Assembly (NCBI GenBank): GCA_963716375.1
Contig: OY970306.1
Location: 2,421,228 to 2,485,227 of the forward strand
Direction: 5' to 3'
Length of the DNA stretch: 64,000 nt
Source: an uncultured Chloroflexia bacterium
GTDB lineage: Bacteria; Chloroflexota; Limnocylindria; Limnocylindrales; CSP1-4
Position numbers and translations under genes: made by a program. This document shows positions 58,382-64,000 of the stretch, in pieces (the stretch's first letter is position 1; every line of letters starts with the position of its first letter). A model generated the notes under the pieces. The model was not told the origin of the DNA. It made no database searches and saw only the letters and a program-made list of their open reading frames with translations.

Positions 58382-60547
58382 ATGGGCTTCGCGCACGGAT
58401 CAATCGGCGTCCTGGCTGCGTTCGTCCTCGCTGCCGCGAGCCTGGCGGTCGGTCCTGTCGTGCCGGAGCGGCAAGCCGACGCCAGCGCCGTCGAGATGCC
58501 CACGCTCTCAGCGTTCGGGTCGCCGACGTTCGACGGCCGGCTCGATACGCTGGAGTGGTCGGCCGCGGCCCGGATGGAGCTGTTCGCGCGGCTCCCTGAG
58601 GCGAGTGGCGGCGGGAACGTCCCTGCCGTCCTGCTCGTCATGAACGACGACCGGAACCTCTGGATCGCGGTCCGGATCGGAACGGTGGCCGACCAGGCCA
58701 GCTTCAGCCTGACGCTCGACACTGACGCCGACGGGGCGCCTACGTCCGGTTCCGACTTCGTCTCCGCGCAACTGACAGAAAATGGGTTCACGTCAGTTGA
58801 CGGCTTCTGGTCGCCGTGCAGTTCCGGTCCCGGACAGTGCCTGCAAGATGACGCGGCGGCGTCCCCGGCGGGGACCAGGGACCTGCTGGCCTCGGGTTCA
58901 CGACCTGACGAAACCCGGGTGTTCGAGCTCGTGCATCCGCTCGATTCTGCGGACGACGCGCGCGACGTCAGCCTCCGTCCCGGAGACACCATCGGGTTCC
59001 AGGCCGTGATCGGGCTCGGTGAGACCAGGGCAGTTGGCTGCGACACCGGCGCCTGCGGCGGCGGTGTGAACGGCTACGGCCGGATCACCGTTGCTCGACC
59101 CACGGCCACCGCGATCGGACCGGGTCCGTCGGTCGTGGCAACCCTGTTCCCGTCAGCGGCCCACGGTGCCTGGGACCGCGGAACGACGGTGGTGAAGGTC
59201 GCGGGTGTTGGTGCTCAGGGCTCGTCCGTTGCGCTTCGGGTCTGGGCGGCGCCGGCACCGGGCCCGCCGCTCGGGGGTCAGCGCCTCCGGCTCACTGGCA
59301 ACTCGACGCACCGCATCTTCGCGAACGGAACCACGATCCTGCACGCGTACGCCGTGGACGGCCAAGGGCATCCGGGTCCCTGGCAGGCGGTGTCGGTCCA
59401 CATCGATGGCATCGCTCCAACTGTGACGCCGCCGCGGCTCACGTTCAGGGACGGTGGCATCGTCGGCGGCGCACCTTCCTCGACCCAGGTTGCGTGGCTC
59501 GGCGCGGACGCCGCGTCAGGGGTGGCAACCTTTGAGCTGCAGGAATCGGTCCTCGGGGGCCCATACGTCACCGTGGCGAACGTGCGAGGTGACGCCGTGA
59601 CCGCCGTCGGTCGGGCCGTGCGGATCGGGCCGGACTATCGCTATCGCATCCGGGCGACGGACGTGGCCGGCAACCGCGGGCGATGGGTCGAGGGGCCGTC
59701 GTACCGCGTGTTCCTCGTTGACTCCCGGAACAGCGCCATCACGTACAACGGTTCGTGGGCGGTTGCTCCGAACCACGAAGCAGTCGGTGGATCGACCACA
59801 TTCGCGAGGACCGCAGGCGCAACGGCCAGCCTCTCCGTCCTGGGCAGCGCCGTCGCGTTGGTCGCACCGACGGGCGCTGATCACGGCCAGGCGATTGTCA
59901 CCCTCGACCACGGCAGGATGGCTGGTCCGAAGATCGTGGATCTCGGCTCGCCTGCGGCAAGCGCGCGGGTTGCCTACCGGACCGAGTGGAGCGAGACCGG
60001 CCAGCACGTGATCGAGGTCAGGGTGCTCGGGACGCCCGGGCATCCGCGGATCGATATCGACGCGTTCCTCGTGATCGCGGCCGTCGGGGTGACGGGGATC
60101 GCATCCGTCGGGACCGGTCAACCAGTCACCTTCGAGGCAGAGGTCCTGGGCATGGACGGGGACGTGTCGTCAATCCCGATCGTGCGCATCATGAGTCCAT
60201 ATGGACACGGGCTGTGGAGCAACGATCGGCAACTTGAATGGGCGGCCCAACCCGGCGAGACGATCTCCCTCGCGGTGCCGATCACGATCGGTCGCTGGAA
60301 CCTCATCGTCTACCCGACCCTCGGACCAAACTACGGCGAGGTCCAGGTGTCGTATGGCTGGCCGGTGGGGCGCCGGATCGACCTGTATGCGCCAACGGTT
60401 CGGCCTGGCGAACCGGTGAACCTCGGGACCATCGTGTCGTCGTGGTCGCAGGTCCAGGGGATCAGTTTCACTGTGACCGCTCACAACGCGGCTTCGGACG
60501 GCTACAGCGTCGGAATCGACAAGATCGTCCTCGTCCCGACCGAATGA
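58382..60547 (+). CDS. Secreted multidomain protein (CBM9/DOMON-like N-terminal domain, Ig/FN3 repeats, conserved beta-domain shared with 4594-6972, C-terminal CBM-like domain)
   Basis: Signal peptide MGFAHGSIGVLAAFVLAAASLAVG. FN3-like YRYRIRATDVAGNRG. The shared domain ends ...GTPGHPRIDIDAFLVIA. Confidence 0.65.
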   Translation: MGFAHGSIGVLAAFVLAAASLAVGPVVPERQADASAVEMPTLSAFGSPTFDGRLDTLEWSAAARMELFARLPEASGGGNVPAVLLVMNDDRNLWIAVRIGTVADQASFSLTLDTDADGAPTSGSDFVSAQLTENGFTSVDGFWSPCSSGPGQCLQDDAAASPAGTRDLLASGSRPDETRVFELVHPLDSADDARDVSLRPGDTIGFQAVIGLGETRAVGCDTGACGGGVNGYGRITVARPTATAIGPGPSVVATLFPSAAHGAWDRGTTVVKVAGVGAQGSSVALRVWAAPAPGPPLGGQRLRLTGNSTHRIFANGTTILHAYAVDGQGHPGPWQAVSVHIDGIAPTVTPPRLTFRDGGIVGGAPSSTQVAWLGADAASGVATFELQESVLGGPYVTVANVRGDAVTAVGRAVRIGPDYRYRIRATDVAGNRGRWVEGPSYRVFLVDSRNSAITYNGSWAVAPNHEAVGGSTTFARTAGATASLSVLGSAVALVAPTGADHGQAIVTLDHGRMAGPKIVDLGSPAASARVAYRTEWSETGQHVIEVRVLGTPGHPRIDIDAFLVIAAVGVTGIASVGTGQPVTFEAEVLGMDGDVSSIPIVRIMSPYGHGLWSNDRQLEWAAQPGETISLAVPITIGRWNLIVYPTLGPNYGEVQVSYGWPVGRRIDLYAPTVRPGEPVNLGTIVSSWSQVQGISFTVTAHNAASDGYSVGIDKIVLVPTE

Positions 60548-60606
60548 CCCCGACCGGCCGACGAGATCTACCGACGGTGGTCCGGAGCCGCCGATACGAT
60601 GAACCG

Positions 60607-61293
60607 ATGACGTCCCAGCTTCGCGTGCTCGTCGAAGAGCCCACGAGGGGCAAGCGCTGGGTCGCTGTCGCGGCGGACTGGCCGGGTCTCGAACGGGGCG
60701 GCAAGACGGAGGACGAGGCGGTCGAGAAGCTCGCGCGCTACGTGCCGCGATACCTGCCGGTTGCGCGGCGTGTCCGGCTCGGCTCGGAGCTCGCGAGCCA
60801 GACCGAGCCCGACATCATCGGCCGGTACCGGGGGGTCGGCTCGACTGACTTCTGGGGCATCTCGTTCGCGCCCTCGCCGCTGGACCGCGAGCCGTTCGAC
60901 GCGCCGACCTTCGACCGCCAGGTGCGACTGCTGCGGGCGGCGTGGGCCGAGTTCGACGAGACGGTCGCCCGCGTCTCGGCGGAGCTGCGGCCTGGCGTGC
61001 GGGGCGGTGGACGCTCCCGCGACGTGATCGTCCGGCATGTCCTGGCGAACGAGGGTGGCGACTTCTCGAAGCGCGTGAACGCGAAGTCCGAGTGGGAGGA
61101 CCTTCAGACACCGGGCGGGCTCGCTTATCACCGCGACCGCTTCGTCGAAGCGATGCGCGCCTGGTACGCGGAGGGCAGGCCGCTCGGCAACTGGACGATC
61201 CCATACCTGCTCCGCCACACGGCGTACCACGTGCTCGACCACACCTGGGAGATGCAGGACCGGGACCTCACGGACGACGCCGCCGCCGGATGA
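60607..61293 (+). CDS. Hypothetical protein: HicB-like (UPF0150-fold) N-terminus fused to DinB/YfiT-like domain
   Basis: The N-terminus ...RWVAVAADWPGLERGGKTEDEAVEKLARYV is antitoxin-HicB-like. The C-terminus has ...HTAYHVLDHTWEM (a DinB_2-like His motif). Start chosen at MTSQLRV. Confidence 0.45.
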   Translation: MTSQLRVLVEEPTRGKRWVAVAADWPGLERGGKTEDEAVEKLARYVPRYLPVARRVRLGSELASQTEPDIIGRYRGVGSTDFWGISFAPSPLDREPFDAPTFDRQVRLLRAAWAEFDETVARVSAELRPGVRGGGRSRDVIVRHVLANEGGDFSKRVNAKSEWEDLQTPGGLAYHRDRFVEAMRAWYAEGRPLGNWTIPYLLRHTAYHVLDHTWEMQDRDLTDDAAAG

Positions 61294-61698
61294 CCGCTGC
61301 CGCGCGAGCCACGGTTCCGTGTGGCGGTGCCGCGGCCGCCTGACCTCCTGAAAGCCGCCCGCTCTCCTCTCCCGCTGGCTGTTGCGTGACGGGCCCATCG
61401 AGGCCTAGCATCATCGGGCACGTGTCGGGACAACGTTCGAGGTGCCGTGCGCCTCGATGACGTCAAATCGGGCACGCTTTGGGGGAGGTATCTCAAGGTC
61501 CGGTCACCGACCGTCGACGGGCGCCTCTGCGCCACAGACACCCTGATTCCGACGTGACCGATCTCCCGCCCGCCGGTAACCACGAACCCGAAGACGCTCC
61601 GACAGGTGGCGATGGATGGGGCCGACCAAGGCCCCGAACGGGACTCACCTCACCACAATCGTGGCGCTAGCGTCCCTGACGCAAAGGAGACCGACCAC

Positions 61699-62871
61699 AT
61701 GAGCCAGGAGTACGGTCAGACCCTCGTCGCGTTCGTGCTGGACTCGGGCAAGTCGGCGCGGCGGCTGCTGAAGCGGATCCAGGAGATCGACGACGTCGAT
61801 CCCAACGTAAAGATCGTCGATGCCGCGATCGCCGACCGGAGCAGGTTCCGGGTCAAGGTCCATCAGACCATGGATCGCGGTGGCGCCAAGGGTGCTGCGC
61901 GCGGCGCGGGCCTCGGGGTCATCGTCGGCGCGATCATTGCCGGACCTGCCGGTGCCGTCGTCGGCGGCGCCGCGGCTGGCACGCTGAACGGCCTGCGGAA
62001 TCGCCTGCATGACGTCGGGATCGACGACAAGTTCATGCGGTCGGTCACCCATGAAATCGAGCGCGGCAAGAGCGCTCTCTTCATCCTGTACGAGGGGAAC
62101 TGGGCGGCATCGATCGGGATGATCGAGCAGGCCGTCACGGCCGACAAGGCCATGCTGATTTCCAGCACGCTGCCCCCCAAGACGGAACTCGCCCTCAAGG
62201 CGCTCGTCGACCCGGCGGTCGAGGCGCTCGGCGGCGAGGATGTCGTTTCGGATTACGAAGTGGAGGTCAAGGAGGCACCTGCCGCGCCCGTTGCGGCGGC
62301 TGCGGTGGTTGCGGCTGCGGCGCCGGCCGCGACCCCCGACGACCTGACCCAGCTCAGCGGCATCGGACCCAAGGCAAGCGCTGCATTGAGCGCTGCCGGA
62401 ATTACGACGTACGCGGCACTGGCCGATGCCAACGAGCCGGAGGTCCGGCACGCGCTCCACGAGTCGGAGATGGCGCCTCCGGCCAACGTCGGGACCTGGC
62501 CGATGCAGGCCAGCTTCGCGGCGAAGGGCGACTGGCAGGGTCTCACGAAGTACAACAAGCGAAACGCTGCGCCGAGCACGGCCGGAGCGACGAAGGCCAA
62601 GCCGGCAGCCAAGGCGAAGGCGGCCACGCCGGCGGCGCCCGACGACCTGACGAAGCTCAACGGGATCGGGCCGCGGATCTCCATGATCCTGTCAGACGGC
62701 GGCGTGACCACCTACGAGCAGCTCCAGCACACCGATCAGTCGGAGCTCCGCAAGATCATTGCCCAGGGCGGGGCGCTGCCGCCCTCGAGCCTCGATACCT
62801 GGCCCACCCAGGCCTCGTACGCGGCGCGGGGCGATTGGCAGGGCCTGGCGACCTACAACAGCCACAAGTAG
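61699..62871 (+). CDS. DUF1269-like N-terminal domain protein with two C-terminal helix-hairpin-helix (DUF4332-like) repeats
   Basis: RBS AAAGGAG. The start is MSQEYGQTLVAFVL... A Gly-rich TM-like segment is GLGVIVGAIIAGPAGAVVGGAAAG. Two repeats of DDLT(Q/K)L(S/N)GIGP(K/R)... are typical HhH. Confidence 0.55.
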   Translation: MSQEYGQTLVAFVLDSGKSARRLLKRIQEIDDVDPNVKIVDAAIADRSRFRVKVHQTMDRGGAKGAARGAGLGVIVGAIIAGPAGAVVGGAAAGTLNGLRNRLHDVGIDDKFMRSVTHEIERGKSALFILYEGNWAASIGMIEQAVTADKAMLISSTLPPKTELALKALVDPAVEALGGEDVVSDYEVEVKEAPAAPVAAAAVVAAAAPAATPDDLTQLSGIGPKASAALSAAGITTYAALADANEPEVRHALHESEMAPPANVGTWPMQASFAAKGDWQGLTKYNKRNAAPSTAGATKAKPAAKAKAATPAAPDDLTKLNGIGPRISMILSDGGVTTYEQLQHTDQSELRKIIAQGGALPPSSLDTWPTQASYAARGDWQGLATYNSHK

Positions 62872-62916
62872 CGTCCGAGCCGGCGCCGATCGCGGTGCCG
62901 GACGACCAGAAACGAA

Positions 62917-62946
62917 AGAGACCCTCCCGGTGCCGGGAGGGTCTCT
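62917..62946. terminator. Bidirectional intrinsic-terminator-like hairpin between convergent genes
   Basis: AGAGACCCTCCC-GGTGCC-GGGAGGGTCTCT forms a perfect 12-bp GC-rich stem. On the minus strand (msrA) it is followed by a U-rich CUCUUUCGUUUCU. Confidence 0.6.
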
Positions 62947-62958
62947 TGCCTGCGAGCG

Positions 62959-63627
62959 CTACTCGACGTACTGCAGCGGCGTGACCACGAAGTCAGCCGG
63001 CAGGTCAACGCCGGTCGAATGGTTGGGGCAATAGCCCCGGGGATTCTTCGCGAGGTACTGCTGGTGGTAGTCCTCGGCGTAGTAGAACGGGCCGGCCTTC
63101 ACGATCTCGGTCGTGATCTTGCCGAACTTCGCGGCCGTCAGGTTCTTCTGGAAGGCGTCGCGTGACGCCTCGGCCAGCTGGCGCTGCTCATCGTCGGTGT
63201 AGTAGATCGCGGACCGGTAGCTGGTCCCGGTGTCGTTGCCCTGGCGCATCCCCTGGGTCGGATCGTGATCCTCCCAGAATGTCTTCAGGAGCTGCTCGTA
63301 GCTGACCTTCGCCGGGTCATACGCCACGAGAACCGCCTCGGCGTGACCGGTCTTGCCGGAGCAGACCTCCTCGTAGGTCGGGTTCGGCGTATATCCGCCC
63401 GTGTAGCCGACCGCGGTCGAAATCACGCCGGGCATCTGCCAGAAGACCTTCTCGGCGCCCCAGAAGCAGCCGAAGGCGAAGATGGCCGTCCGCGTGCCGT
63501 CTGGCCACGGGCCGGCGAGGGGGGCGCCATTGACGGAATGGCGGGCTGGAATGGGCATGGCCTGGCTGCGGCCCGGCAGTGCCTCGTCGGGGCGGGGCAT
63601 CGTCGCGTGAGAACGGAACAGAAACAT
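62959..63627 (-). CDS. msrA: Peptide methionine sulfoxide reductase MsrA
   Basis: The active site GCFWGAE and ...[27 protein letters not shown]... are strongly conserved. Confidence 0.9.
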   Translation of the reverse strand: MFLFRSHATMPRPDEALPGRSQAMPIPARHSVNGAPLAGPWPDGTRTAIFAFGCFWGAEKVFWQMPGVISTAVGYTGGYTPNPTYEEVCSGKTGHAEAVLVAYDPAKVSYEQLLKTFWEDHDPTQGMRQGNDTGTSYRSAIYYTDDEQRQLAEASRDAFQKNLTAAKFGKITTEIVKAGPFYYAEDYHQQYLAKNPRGYCPNHSTGVDLPADFVVTPLQYVE

Positions 63628-63685
63628 GCCGTAACTGTACGAGGGGTCTGTGACGATGTGGTGACGAGCGGCCCGGGATTCCGGC

Positions 63686-64000
63686 CTACCCGGCGGAGGC
63701 AGGTTCGCCGTTCGAGGACTCGTCCGAACCGGTGGCCATCGCTGCCATCGCCGCCGGATCGCCGTTCCGGGTCGCGTGGCTCGACGTGCCGGGCGGGCCC
63801 GGCTCGCTCACGGGGCCAGCTTCGAAGCCGCCGCCTTCCGGACGCCAGCCCTCGGCCTGCGACCAGAATTGCTCCGTTCCATTCATCCCGGCGTCATCGG
63901 AATCGGCCTGACTCGCGAGCATCGGCCAGCGCTGTTCGATACGGCGGCGGGCCCGGCGTGCCGCACCGCGGACCTTCGGGGCCGTTGCCGGCGACGTCAA
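63686..64000 (-). CDS. Hypothetical protein fragment (C-terminal part; continues beyond window)
   Basis: An open frame to the window edge. Low-complexity composition, no recognisable domain. Confidence 0.2.
   Translation of the reverse strand: MTSPATAPKVRGAARRARRRIEQRWPMLASQADSDDAGMNGTEQFWSQAEGWRPEGGGFEAGPVSEPGPPGTSSHATRNGDPAAMAAMATGSDESSNGEPASAG

Overview
This is a high-GC (~70%) actinobacterial-type chromosomal window, densely coding on both strands, with no rRNA, tRNA, CRISPR or obvious transposase.

Main blocks:
- (i) 1-13520: a reductive pyrimidine-catabolism neighbourhood. It holds a NitT/TauT-type ABC importer, a class-III (beta-alanine/omega-amino acid) aminotransferase, a eukaryotic-type beta-ureidopropionase, a luciferase-like (F420-type) oxidoreductase, a two-domain GNAT, a dihydropyrimidinase and a methylmalonate/malonate-semialdehyde dehydrogenase. 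A secreted phosphodiester-glycosidase-domain protein is inserted in the middle, and a 538-bp repeat-rich intergenic region precedes mmsA.
- (ii) 13567-22556: two lgt paralogues, mdh, a Tat-exported multicopper oxidase, a CBS + cystathionine gamma-lyase pair and a PlsC-like acyltransferase.
- (iii) 22606-26229: a frameshifted LAL/LuxR regulator and a repeat-bearing (PTAK)n lipoprotein.
- (iv) 27935-33027: a membrane phospholipid-headgroup cluster (PLDc_N-SHOCT protein, DUF4203-like, two-HKD PLD/cardiolipin-synthase-like protein, holin-like-anchored NPP-type phosphodiesterase).
- (v) 33785-42960: ubiE/menG, an ECF sigma/ZAS anti-sigma pair, an MbfA-like erythrin-VIT1 iron exporter, and an ornithine cyclodeaminase-family protein / penicillin-acylase / FAD-oxidase trio.
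- (vi) 44002-47153: a partial suf locus (sufB, sufD, Rieske ferredoxin) with no sufC/S/U/R.
- (vii) a MarR-MFS divergent pair, a YciI-sigma factor operon, PhyH/BBE-oxidase/epimerase/Gfo-Idh-MocA/GlcG genes, a second secreted Ig/FN3 protein paralogous to the first, and msrA.

At least six genes (LAL regulator, penicillin acylase, sufD, BBE-like oxidase, GlcG-like, probably the lgt 3' end) carry single-base frame disruptions. I interpret this mainly as assembly indel error, with real pseudogenisation as the alternative. The most interesting biology is the pyrimidine cluster that lacks a canonical dihydropyrimidine dehydrogenase but carries an F420-type LLM oxidoreductase, and the PLD/NPP membrane cluster.
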